The translations under genes and the position numbers were made by a program. Of a DNA stretch of 64,000 nucleotides, positions 8,744 to 17,930 are shown one piece after another. Below the pieces are notes generated by a model, which worked only from the letters and a program-made list of their open reading frames with translations, was not told the DNA's origin and searched no databases. The stretch comes from an uncultured Pseudomonadota bacterium (GTDB lineage Bacteria; Babelota; Babeliae; Babelales; JAUPTZ01), in assembly GCA_964429275.1 (NCBI GenBank), contig CAYSBJ010000001.1, positions 389,776 through 453,775 on the forward strand. Direction: 5' to 3'. Within the stretch, counting starts at the first letter, position 1. Each line of letters starts with the position of its first letter.

Positions 8744-10723
8744 ATGGAAAACTTCAGCACACTGGGGCTGCCTGAGCAGCTCCTGCATTCACTCAAAGCA
8801 ATGCAATTCAACACCCCGACACCGATCCAGTCTCAAACTATCCCGCCTGCGTTGCAGGGGAGCGATATTTTGGGTTCTGCTCAAACAGGTACTGGTAAGA
8901 CAGCCGCGTACGGGATTCCCTTAGTAGCACACATACTTGCGCAGCCAAATAGCTGTGCATTGGTATTAACACCGACTCGTGAGTTGGCTATCCAAGTGCT
9001 CGATACTCTTCGCCTTCTCTTAGGCAAAAATTCAGACGTCAAGACTGCGCTTCTTATTGGTGGCGATTCGATGCAAAAACAATTGCGTCAATTGAGTGCC
9101 AAAGCACGTATCGTGGTTGGTACTCCTGGTCGTATTAATGACCATCTTGAGCGTCGCACTCTTTCACTCTCTAATACTAATTTCCTTGTTCTTGACGAAA
9201 CTGATCGCATGCTTGACATGGGTTTCACCGTGCAACTGCAAGAAATCGTTCGCTATTTGCCGGAAAAACGTCAAACATTGATGTTCTCTGCCACGATGGC
9301 GCCAGAAATTGTAAAAGTTGCGGGAAGCTATTTACAAGATCCAGTTCGTATTGCTATTGGTTCGACTACCTTGCCAATGGCAGCTATTACGCAGGAAGTT
9401 CTAAAAACTATTGAATCAGACAAGTATGGCTTGCTTCTTGAGCTCCTTGAGAGTCGTCAAGGGACTATGATTGTTTTTGTAAAAACTAAATTTGGTACCG
9501 AGCGCCTTGCAGTGCGTTTGCGTCGTCAAGGACACGAAGTTGAAGCAATTCACGGTGACTTGCGTCAAGCAAAGCGCGAGCGCGTTATCCGTGAATTCCG
9601 TGCTGGCAAATGCCGTGTACTGGTGGCGACTGACGTAGCGGCTCGTGGCCTTGATATTCCACACATTGAGTGTGTTGTGAATTATGACTTACCACAATGT
9701 CCAGAAGATTATATACATCGTATTGGCCGTACTGGTCGTGCTGGTGCCCAAGGTACCGCAGTGAGCTTAGTGACTGGTCAAGATGGTGGAAAATGGCGTT
9801 GCATTACCCGCCTTATGGGTGAAAATGGCGCGAAGTCTGATGTTCGTATCGAAAATCGTGTTGGCAAGCCTTCAACGATTGTAGAAAAGATGGCTGCAGA
9901 AGGCTCATCTGACAAGCCTCGTGATGAATCTCGTGGTCGTCGCGAACGCTCAGATCGTCCGTTTGAAGATCGTGGCGAAAGAAAGCCGTTTGGCGATCGT
10001 CCAGCCCGTTCGTTTGGTGAACGTAAATCATTCGGTGATCGTCCGACTCGTTCATTTGGCGAAAGAAAGTCATTTGGTGACCGTCCAGCTTTTGGTGATC
10101 GTCCGGCTCGTCCGTTCGGTGAGCGTAAACCATTTGGCGATCGTAGCAGTAAGCCGTTTGGTGATCGCAAGAAACGTTTTGATGACGAAGGTGGCGATGC
10201 CCAAGGGCAGCAGCGCTTTTTCGAGCGTGAAGAGCGTCCATCCCGTTCATTCGGTGATCGTCCAGCTCGTTCGTTTGGTGAGCGTAAACCGTTTGGTGAC
10301 AGAAAGCCTTTTGGCGACCGTCCAGCATTTGGTGATCGCCCGGCTCGTTCGTTTGGTGAGCGTAAATCGTTTGGTGACAGAAAGCCTTTTGGCGACCGTC
10401 CAGCATTTGGTGATCGCCCGGCTCGTCCGTTCGGCGAAAGAAAGTCATTTGGTGACCGTCCAGCCTTTGGCGACCGCCCAGCGCGTCCCTTTGGTGATCG
10501 CTCAGCGCGTCCCTTCGGTGACCGTCCAGCTCGTCCGTTCGGTGAAAGAAAGTCATTTGGTGACCGCTCACGTGCTCCGTTTGTAGATGCACTTGTGGAC
10601 AAAGGTCCGTGGGATCGTCCACGTTTCGAGCGCAGTGAGCGTCCGCGTTTCTCGCGTGACAATCGCGGCGCTGGTGCACGTAAGCCATTCGCTAAGAAGC
10701 CGGCTGAGCAAGAAGCTGAGTAA
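8744..10723 (+). CDS. DEAD/DEAH-box RNA helicase (RhlE-like) with repetitive charged C-terminal tail
   Basis: Q motif PTPIQ, AQTGTGKT, PTRELA, TPGR, DETD, SAT, ARGLD, HRIGRTGRAG. Confidence 0.95.
   Translation: MENFSTLGLPEQLLHSLKAMQFNTPTPIQSQTIPPALQGSDILGSAQTGTGKTAAYGIPLVAHILAQPNSCALVLTPTRELAIQVLDTLRLLLGKNSDVKTALLIGGDSMQKQLRQLSAKARIVVGTPGRINDHLERRTLSLSNTNFLVLDETDRMLDMGFTVQLQEIVRYLPEKRQTLMFSATMAPEIVKVAGSYLQDPVRIAIGSTTLPMAAITQEVLKTIESDKYGLLLELLESRQGTMIVFVKTKFGTERLAVRLRRQGHEVEAIHGDLRQAKRERVIREFRAGKCRVLVATDVAARGLDIPHIECVVNYDLPQCPEDYIHRIGRTGRAGAQGTAVSLVTGQDGGKWRCITRLMGENGAKSDVRIENRVGKPSTIVEKMAAEGSSDKPRDESRGRRERSDRPFEDRGERKPFGDRPARSFGERKSFGDRPTRSFGERKSFGDRPAFGDRPARPFGERKPFGDRSSKPFGDRKKRFDDEGGDAQGQQRFFEREERPSRSFGDRPARSFGERKPFGDRKPFGDRPAFGDRPARSFGERKSFGDRKPFGDRPAFGDRPARPFGERKSFGDRPAFGDRPARPFGDRSARPFGDRPARPFGERKSFGDRSRAPFVDALVDKGPWDRPRFERSERPRFSRDNRGAGARKPFAKKPAEQEAE
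9955..10570 (+). repeat. Intragenic degenerate tandem repeats encoding FGDRP/FGERKS/DRPAR units
   Basis: Repeated tt(t/c)gg(t/c)ga(t/c)cgtcc.gc units in the helicase tail. Confidence 0.9.
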
Positions 10724-10761
10724 TAAATGAGTTACCGCGCTCTTTGAGCGCTTATAAGTAT

Positions 10762-10803
10762 CAAAGAGGGAACTGTATATAATGCGGTTCCCTCTTTGCT
10801 TTA
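10762..10803 (+). terminator. Rho-independent terminator after the helicase
   Basis: caaagagggaactgtat-ata-atgcggttccctctttg stem followed by a T-rich tail. Confidence 0.75.
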
Positions 10804-10867
10804 TCTGTGATTGTTGGTTAGGATTGCGCCTGAGTACCCCACGCTTCGATTTAGATTGTTGTATCTT

Positions 10868-12010
10868 ATGTTAGACCGATTAAAACTTGCTGTATCTTTG
10901 GAGCAGCTTTCCGAGAAGCTTTTTCCTGATGTAACCCAGACCTTGAGTGCTGCAGTAGCGATGTATCGCCGCATTGCAGCTGACCCAACGTTTGAGGCGC
11001 GGGCTCGTGATGCGGAAGCTTCATTTCTGGTGCCGTCATGGCAGCGTAATTTATGCGATTTTTATCTTTACGAACCGGCATCAGATTATTCTGTGCTGGC
11101 GGTTGATGGCTCGCAGGTCTATCCCGATCGCCACATTGCCGGAGCAGGATGCTTTCTGTTAAACGTTGGCGGTGCCCGATTTACCTATAGTAATGAAAGT
11201 TCTGTGGACTTTTTTTCAGATCCTGAGGTTTGCCCATTTACCGATTTTGCGGCAGGCACTGAGGCCGTTTCTGTCGACACCGTTGATTTGCTCCGTGAAG
11301 CGCGTGAGCTAAGTCGCGCGGTTGTTGAATCAGAAAAACTAACTGATACTGAGTCGGTGGTGCTTATTGATGGTACCATTATTTTTTGGATGCTCGAGGG
11401 AAAAACAACTGAAGTTCGCACTTATTTCATGAATGAATATTTACAGCAACTTAACGCATTGTATGAGAGAAAAATGGTCTGCGCCGGTTATATTAGTATG
11501 CCTAAGAGCCGAGAGGTCATGAGCTTAGTAAAGCTGGGGCTCTGTCGGTTTAGTGTAGCCAATTGCGCCCCGTGCCATGCGGTTTATGATACCTTTCCCT
11601 GCAAAATAATAGATTCACTGGTTGATGCCCATCTGATGAGCCAGCTCTTGGAGCCGGGCCAGCGAAGCACTCTTTTTGCTACTTCTTCACATATTTCAGC
11701 TGATTATCCAGCTTATCTAAAGCCTTGGTTTTTCTATCTTAATGTTGGCACAGAAATCGTGCGACTTGAGATTCCTGCCTGGGTTGCTGAGGATGAGCGC
11801 TTTGTTGCTCGCGTATGCCGGGTCGCTCTTGATCAGGCAGAGAAAGGGGGTGGGTACCCAGTTGTTCTGGCGGAAGCACATGAGCAAGCGGTGGTAAAAG
11901 CAGTCGATCGCGAGTTCTTTTACCAGCTTATTACCAAAATTGGTATGCAGCGGAACCGTACGGTTCGTTCGTCGTTAAAAAGTGTTACCAAGCGTAGCAT
12001 GAGATTTTAA
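10868..12010 (+). CDS. nurA: NurA-family nuclease
   Basis: LAVDGSQ, LIDGT, GYIS, RLEIPAW and C-terminal GYPVVLAEAHEQA motifs. Confidence 0.88.
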   Translation: MLDRLKLAVSLEQLSEKLFPDVTQTLSAAVAMYRRIAADPTFEARARDAEASFLVPSWQRNLCDFYLYEPASDYSVLAVDGSQVYPDRHIAGAGCFLLNVGGARFTYSNESSVDFFSDPEVCPFTDFAAGTEAVSVDTVDLLREARELSRAVVESEKLTDTESVVLIDGTIIFWMLEGKTTEVRTYFMNEYLQQLNALYERKMVCAGYISMPKSREVMSLVKLGLCRFSVANCAPCHAVYDTFPCKIIDSLVDAHLMSQLLEPGQRSTLFATSSHISADYPAYLKPWFFYLNVGTEIVRLEIPAWVAEDERFVARVCRVALDQAEKGGGYPVVLAEAHEQAVVKAVDREFFYQLITKIGMQRNRTVRSSLKSVTKRSMRF

Positions 12011-12031
12011 GAAAACCATTAGAGATACAAC

Positions 12032-13900
12032 ATGATTCGTTTACAAGGACTATCGCTCGTTTTTGGTGAGCAAACTATTTTTAATAATATTACTCAGTTG
12101 ATCCAAGAAGATGAAAAAATAGGACTGGTCGGTCCTAATGGCGCCGGCAAATCGACTCTTCTCAAGGTAATTGCAGGGCAGCAAAAGCTGACCGGTGGGC
12201 AGGTGCAGATTACCTCTGGCATGCGAGTAGCCTATCTCCCGCAGGAAGTAGTGTTGCAGTCGCAGTATTCAATTTTTGACGAAACCATGCTTGCCTATGG
12301 TGAACTTGGCCAGTGGCACGTTCGATCGCGTGAGCTGGAGCGTGCGGGGCAAATGGATTGTGATGAGTATGCAACGTTGCAAGCAGACCTTGCTGCTCAT
12401 GACTATGGCAGCAAATCGTCTCAAGCGCGTAAGGTTTTGGTGGGGCTTGGTTTTGAGCAGGAACGTCATGAAATGCCGGTGTCGACGCTGAGTGTTGGCT
12501 GGCAGATGCGCGTGGTGCTGACGAAGTTATTGCTCCAAGATGCGGATATGTATTTGTTCGACGAACCAACCAACCACTTAGACTTACAAGCACGGGAATG
12601 GTTGTGTCGCTTTTTGCGCCAGTCACGTTCCGGATACTTACTCATTAGTCACGATCGCTATGTACTTGATCAAGTGTGTGAAAAGACTTTTGTGCTGGGG
12701 AAGGGAAAACTTCGTATATATGACGGAAACTATTCGTATTATCGTCGTGCCTATGATGAACAAGTGGCACACTTTCGTGCAGCTAAAGAAGCACAAGACC
12801 GGGATATTGCACAACGTAAACAAACGATTGAACGGTTTAAGGCTAAGGCGTCTAAAGCTAAGATGGCAAAAAGTATGGAAAAACAACTCGATCGTATGGA
12901 GCGGATCGAATTTGATGAAGAAATGGTGCCTGAGATTGCACTCCCGTTCCCGCCTCTTGAGCGAGCGGGTGAGGTAGTGCTTCGCGTAGAAAATCTCGGG
13001 AAATCTTTTGGCGAAAAACTTATTTTTAAGGATGCCTCTTTTGAGGTTGCGCGGGGTGAGCGCATTGCCATTGTGGCCCCCAACGGAGCCGGTAAAACAA
13101 CGTTGCTTTCTTGTCTTTATGGAGCGCATAAGCCTGATACTGGTACGTTCTCTTTCGGCCATAATGTCGCCACAGCGGTTTTTGAACAGGAGCAGGTGGC
13201 GGCCCTTAATCAGAATGCAACGGTCCTTGAAGAAGTTGAAAATGGCGCTTGTAAGACAATGCGTGCCCAAGTGCGTCGCGTCCTCGGTGCCTTGCTGTTC
13301 TCGGGTGACTCAGTACATAAAAAAATCAAAGTGTTGAGCGGTGGTGAGCGAAATCGGGTAGCGTTGGCAAAATTGCTGGTGAAGCAAGTAAATCTCTTGA
13401 TTCTTGACGAACCAACTAACCACTTGGATTTGTTGGCACAACAAGTACTGACTGAAGGCTTGGCTAGTTACCAAGGAACCGTTATTTTCGTGAGCCATGA
13501 TCGCGATGTGGTTTCTAAAGTGGCAACGGCTATTATTAGCATCGACCATGGTAAGGTAAGCTACTATCCCGGAACGTATGAGTCGTTTTGTTTTATGCGT
13601 GAACAACAAGCTGCTGCTCAATCGGCTGCAAATAAGGGGAGTAAGGGGGGTGGTCAAGTTGCAGCGGCGGTTAAAACGCAGGCCACGCTTCCCGCGGATC
13701 CTCGTAAAGCATTGCAGGCTATTGAGCGAGAAATTGCGAAGCTTGACGAAGCAGTTAAAAAAGCAGTTATGATACTGGGTGATTACGAGTATGGTACGGC
13801 TGAGTATGACCGTGCGCTAGACAAATATGAGCGTCTTAAAGAACAGTTGGATGAGCAGCAAAAGCTGTGGGAAGAGGTGTACGCGGCTTCGGTCGCTTAA
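12032..13900 (+). CDS. ABC-F family ATPase with C-terminal coiled coil
   Basis: Two NBDs (GPNGAGKST / APNGAGKTT; two DEPTNHLD; two SHDR) and no TM segments. Confidence 0.93.
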   Translation: MIRLQGLSLVFGEQTIFNNITQLIQEDEKIGLVGPNGAGKSTLLKVIAGQQKLTGGQVQITSGMRVAYLPQEVVLQSQYSIFDETMLAYGELGQWHVRSRELERAGQMDCDEYATLQADLAAHDYGSKSSQARKVLVGLGFEQERHEMPVSTLSVGWQMRVVLTKLLLQDADMYLFDEPTNHLDLQAREWLCRFLRQSRSGYLLISHDRYVLDQVCEKTFVLGKGKLRIYDGNYSYYRRAYDEQVAHFRAAKEAQDRDIAQRKQTIERFKAKASKAKMAKSMEKQLDRMERIEFDEEMVPEIALPFPPLERAGEVVLRVENLGKSFGEKLIFKDASFEVARGERIAIVAPNGAGKTTLLSCLYGAHKPDTGTFSFGHNVATAVFEQEQVAALNQNATVLEEVENGACKTMRAQVRRVLGALLFSGDSVHKKIKVLSGGERNRVALAKLLVKQVNLLILDEPTNHLDLLAQQVLTEGLASYQGTVIFVSHDRDVVSKVATAIISIDHGKVSYYPGTYESFCFMREQQAAAQSAANKGSKGGGQVAAAVKTQATLPADPRKALQAIEREIAKLDEAVKKAVMILGDYEYGTAEYDRALDKYERLKEQLDEQQKLWEEVYAASVA

Positions 13901-13919
13901 TGTATCTTGAGGTCTTACT

Positions 13920-15296
13920 ATGTATAAACATGTATTGCATATTTTTCGTCGTGACTTGAGGCTTGTTGATAATAGCTCATTGTTGTTTGCGGCGGACTCT
14001 TCTAAGGTAAGTGTCGGTTTTATTTTTGATACTACGCAAATAAGTAAAAATAATTCTTATAAGAGCCTGCCGGCACTTTCTTTTATGGTTGCGTCTCTTG
14101 AAGAACTTGCACGGGAAGTGCACCAGCGCGGAGGAGCCTTCAATTTTTGGTATGGTCACCCAGAAACAGTTCTTGAGAAAGTATTAAAAGAATCTTCTAT
14201 CGACTGTGTTACGGTGAATGAGGACTATACTCCTTTTAGTAGGGCTCGCGATGAAAAAATAGCGGCTGTATGCAGTAAACATGGGGTTTCTTTTGTGTCT
14301 CATCATGATGCCCTATTGACTCCACCTGGTAAGGTGTTGACTAACGCAAGAGAGGCTTTTAAGGTTTTTACACCATTTTATAAGGCCGCAGCGGCAGAAG
14401 TTGTTGCAAAACCGCAGATACACACAGACTTTTCATTCGTAAAAAGACTTCTTCCTGAGGCTGATGGGGAAATTTTATATGAACGTATTTTCGGTGGTGG
14501 TCAACGTCATATGCCAGAAGTTTTAGGGAGTGCTCGTTCTGGCGGGCTACGTATGCTTAGAAAGGTCGGGAGTCTTCAGGAATACGAAACAGAGCGGAAT
14601 TATCCTTTTTTAGATGCGGCAACTACTCATTTAAGTCCTCATAACAAATTTGGCACGGTCTCTATCCGGGAAGTGTATTGGGCAATAAAAGATGCCCTTG
14701 GCTCTAAGGCGGAGCCAATTCTGCGGTCTCTTTATTGGCGTGATTTTTTTACCCATATTCTTTTCGCTAAGCCAACTGTGCTGGGGCATGCCTATAAAGA
14801 ACGTTATGATGAGCTATGGTGGGAGAATGATGAGAAGAAATTTGCTGCCTGGTGTGAAGGCAGGACCGGCTTTCCTATTGTAGATGCTGGCATGCGAGAG
14901 CTTAGTAAGACTGGATATATGCATAATCGTGTTCGTATGATTACGGCTTCATTTCTTGTGAAAGATCTGCACATTGACTGGCGATGGGGTGAGCGTTATT
15001 TTGCTCAGAAATTGACGGACTATGATCCTGCGGTTAATAACGGCAATTGGCAGTGGGTGGCCTCAACGGGGTGTGATGCTCAGCCGTATTTTCGTATTTT
15101 TAACCCCTGGCTTCAGCAAAAGAAATTTGATCCAGATGCTGAATATATTAAGCGGTGGGTGCCGGAATTAAAGTCTTTTTCGGCTGCAGCAATTCATACG
15201 ATCTTTAAGAAGCCGGTAAAGGGTTATATAGTACCTATTGTTGATCATGCTGCTGAGAGTAAAAAGGCGCTCATTGCCTATAAAAAAATAGTTTAG
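13920..15296 (+). CDS. phrB: Deoxyribodipyrimidine photolyase (class I CPD)
   Basis: FRRDLRLVDN, WCEGRTGFPIVDAGMREL, MHNRVRM, DYDPAVNNGNWQW, PYFRIFNP. Confidence 0.95.
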   Translation: MYKHVLHIFRRDLRLVDNSSLLFAADSSKVSVGFIFDTTQISKNNSYKSLPALSFMVASLEELAREVHQRGGAFNFWYGHPETVLEKVLKESSIDCVTVNEDYTPFSRARDEKIAAVCSKHGVSFVSHHDALLTPPGKVLTNAREAFKVFTPFYKAAAAEVVAKPQIHTDFSFVKRLLPEADGEILYERIFGGGQRHMPEVLGSARSGGLRMLRKVGSLQEYETERNYPFLDAATTHLSPHNKFGTVSIREVYWAIKDALGSKAEPILRSLYWRDFFTHILFAKPTVLGHAYKERYDELWWENDEKKFAAWCEGRTGFPIVDAGMRELSKTGYMHNRVRMITASFLVKDLHIDWRWGERYFAQKLTDYDPAVNNGNWQWVASTGCDAQPYFRIFNPWLQQKKFDPDAEYIKRWVPELKSFSAAAIHTIFKKPVKGYIVPIVDHAAESKKALIAYKKIV

Positions 15297-15406
15297 TAAA
15301 AATGTTTTTGCTCCGTGAATACGTTTTTATTTTATCGCATGAACTGTTTCGGAGGTATACTTGTATTACAACTATTGATTCTAGTAGGCTTTGTTGTGTG
15401 GGGGAT

Positions 15407-16888
15407 ATGAAAAAACCTTTAAATTACTTTTTTTTGTGTATGATCTTTTCTATCGGTTTATCTGCTGCTGAAGAGCCTGATTTTTCTCGGCACACCGAGC
15501 TTGTTGATCTTTTGCAAGATCAGCCGGAATGGTCGCGGGCTTGCCGAGTGGTTAAGCTTGCGCTATCGGCTGCCGAGAAAGGAGAGTCTCTCCAGTTGCA
15601 GGAAGAGCGTTGGGCTCGAGCTGCAGAGCTTCTGGCGAAGGTGGGGGGCAAATTTTCTCCTGCGCGTGAGTTGCGCCTACTTTGCGGAAAAGAAGAAGAG
15701 CGTTTAAAGAAAAAACGCCGTTTGAGGCGCTTATACGCAATCGGTGGGACGATAGGGGGCGCAGGCTTGCTTGCTTTTCTGTGGGCCAAAAAGAATGCAA
15801 GAATGAGAAGGTTTGATTACGGAGAAGACTCTTCGCGTGTTGTTCCGTATCAATCATCTGTAGGGGTGGCAGATGAGGTGAGAGCGGCTTCCTATCGGCC
15901 TTCAACAGAGAGTGTTCGTTCTACCTCGAGGTGGCAAGAATCGGCTGTAACTTTCCCGCAGTCTTCCTCTTCATCATACGGTGCCTCGCGATCGCAGCAG
16001 GCGATTGATCGCCCGCAGAATGTTTCGCAGACGGCGTCATCTACATCAAATGCCACTCTGTTGGATAACTCAAGAAATGCGGTGAATGTAAGGGGCCAAG
16101 GATCGACTGGAGCTTTGCCGGAATCCTCGCCTTTGTCATTCGCTGCCTGGCGGCGATTGCAGCGGCCGACTGATTATCCATTGAATGTTTCGCAGACGCG
16201 GTCATTTACATCAAATACTACTCCGTTGAATAACTCAAGAAATGCGCTGAGTGCAAGGGGCCAAGCAGCGACTGTAACTTTTCCTGATCGCCCACTAAAT
16301 GTTTCGCAGGCGGTGTCATCTACATCAAATACCACTGCGTTGAATGCGGTGAGTCCACCGACTGGAGCTTTGCCGGAATCCTCGCCTCTGTCATACGCTG
16401 CCTTGCGGCGATTGCAGTGGCTGACTGATCGCCGATTGAATGCTTCACAGACGGCGTCATCTAGATCAAATATCACTCCGTTCACGGTGCAGGATAATTT
16501 TCCTCGTTTGGTGTCTTCGACGACAATGCCTGCTCGAGTAATTCGTCCATTGTCGTCAGGTGTAGATGTAGACGATAGTTGGTTTAAGCTTATTGAAAAA
16601 AGTGAACCAACTCCTGGCGCTGCTCGCGAAACAAATGTGTATTGTAGACTTGAGGATGCAGCGGTAGCAGCCGGACCATGCTGTTTGTGTCTGGATAATT
16701 ATAAGGCTGGTGATTCGGTAGCCTTTTGTTCTACGTCAGAGAAGCATGTTCTGCATACCGCGTGCGCATTAGAGTGGTTAGAGCAAAGAAATGAGTGCCC
16801 ACTGTGTAGGGCTGTGTTTTGTTCACCAGGCGAGCAGATTTCATGTATTATTTACCCTGACGTAGCGGCACTCGCAACTAGAGATTAA
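15407..16888 (+). CDS. Signal-peptide/TM protein with Ser/Thr-rich repeats and a C-terminal RING-H2-like finger
   Basis: MKKPLNYFFLCMIFSIGLSA signal; TM YAIGGTIGGAGLLAFLW; C-terminal CCLC-x12-C-x5-H-x2-H-x2-C-x3-W-x6-CPLCR. Confidence 0.85.
   Translation: MKKPLNYFFLCMIFSIGLSAAEEPDFSRHTELVDLLQDQPEWSRACRVVKLALSAAEKGESLQLQEERWARAAELLAKVGGKFSPARELRLLCGKEEERLKKKRRLRRLYAIGGTIGGAGLLAFLWAKKNARMRRFDYGEDSSRVVPYQSSVGVADEVRAASYRPSTESVRSTSRWQESAVTFPQSSSSSYGASRSQQAIDRPQNVSQTASSTSNATLLDNSRNAVNVRGQGSTGALPESSPLSFAAWRRLQRPTDYPLNVSQTRSFTSNTTPLNNSRNALSARGQAATVTFPDRPLNVSQAVSSTSNTTALNAVSPPTGALPESSPLSYAALRRLQWLTDRRLNASQTASSRSNITPFTVQDNFPRLVSSTTMPARVIRPLSSGVDVDDSWFKLIEKSEPTPGAARETNVYCRLEDAAVAAGPCCLCLDNYKAGDSVAFCSTSEKHVLHTACALEWLEQRNECPLCRAVFCSPGEQISCIIYPDVAALATRD
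16007..16482 (+). repeat. Mosaic intragenic repeats in the RING protein
   Basis: Four copies of a D-R/Y-x-x-N-V/A-SQ...S-T/R-SN module and two near-identical copies of actggagctttgccggaatcctcgcct. Confidence 0.9.
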
Positions 16889-17182
16889 ATCGGGTATTGA
16901 TTTCGTCATTGATAGCAGATTGTCTGCGGAGGCTTGTCCCTCAATTCTATTGTAGACTTTGACTTTGCAAAATCGCTTTCGTTCTGTTTAGGATAGCTTT
17001 GTTTTTTTATTTTAAATTCTTGTTGAGTGTGATGACCGCTTTAAGATGATTGCCTTGTATCTTGCGTGTTTTTTTCTTGTTGTTGAGTGTTTTGCTTAGT
17101 GTTTAAATCTTATTTTGTTTACTTAAAAAGGCTATTTGTGTAATCATAGTTAAAGTAAGTATTTACTTTTCTTGGGAATTTT

Positions 17183-17926
17183 ATGTTTAGGCATTGCTTT
17201 TTGGCGTTTTCTATGGTTTTCTTCTTCGTTGTTTCTAGTAATCTTTTAGCTGCAGATTCTCCGCGCTTGCCATCTCCTGTTATTCCAGCATCATTAGTCG
17301 TTTATCATAAAATAATTAAAGATATGAGCCTGCCTTTTGCGTCGTTGAATGATGAGTCTTCTGGTGAATCAGTGATTGCGGTTGATTCTGGAGCATACCA
17401 ATGCGTTGCTATTACTTTGGAGAATACAGACTCCACTGCTTCTGTAGAGATCTCAGATGATATATTTAGAGAAATATTACGTAATAATGAGTCATTAATC
17501 GGGAGACTTTTGAGTGAAGCAGAGCTTAACTTTTTGAAGATTCATTGCTCTGGTCAAAATGTTAATGCCCAAAATACGTGCTCGACTTTTCGTTGGATTC
17601 CATTATTTATTGGTTTTAGTATGGTAATTGCGGGGATAGTTCTTCAAACTTATTCAGGAATTGATACTGCAGCCGGTATGCTTGGCTTTTTTGGATTTTG
17701 TTTGTCCGGCTGCAGTGTTTTATCATGTTGGCGCTCTCATAGAAGAAGGCGTTCGGTCATACATCCTTCTGGTGATGTTGATTTTTCTATCTCAAGAGAA
17801 AAACAAATGCTTTTTCGTCTTGAGCCAGGAGCAAGCGTTACTTTTAACATTGCTATGAAGCTCGTGGAAGTGAGTCATCATAGTGAAGTTCCTTCTTTGG
17901 ATGGTAGTGCTTCATCTGAAGAATGA
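17183..17926 (+). CDS. Hypothetical exported protein with a bilobed hydrophobic hairpin
   Basis: N-terminal signal; WIPLFIGFSMVIAGIVL...AAGMLGFFGFCLSGCSVL followed by RSHRRRR. Confidence 0.7.
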   Translation: MFRHCFLAFSMVFFFVVSSNLLAADSPRLPSPVIPASLVVYHKIIKDMSLPFASLNDESSGESVIAVDSGAYQCVAITLENTDSTASVEISDDIFREILRNNESLIGRLLSEAELNFLKIHCSGQNVNAQNTCSTFRWIPLFIGFSMVIAGIVLQTYSGIDTAAGMLGFFGFCLSGCSVLSCWRSHRRRRSVIHPSGDVDFSISREKQMLFRLEPGASVTFNIAMKLVEVSHHSEVPSLDGSASSEE

Positions 17927-17930
17927 TTAT

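Noticed and set aside
9778..10688. Long alternative ORFs (9778-10662 -, 9813-10688 -, 9921-10586 +)
   Set aside because: Shadow frames produced by the stop-poor repetitive helicase tail
16007..16482. Spaced repeats as a possible CRISPR array
   Set aside because: Repeats are in frame within a CDS, vary in length and sequence, and the spacers are themselves repeated; no cas genes
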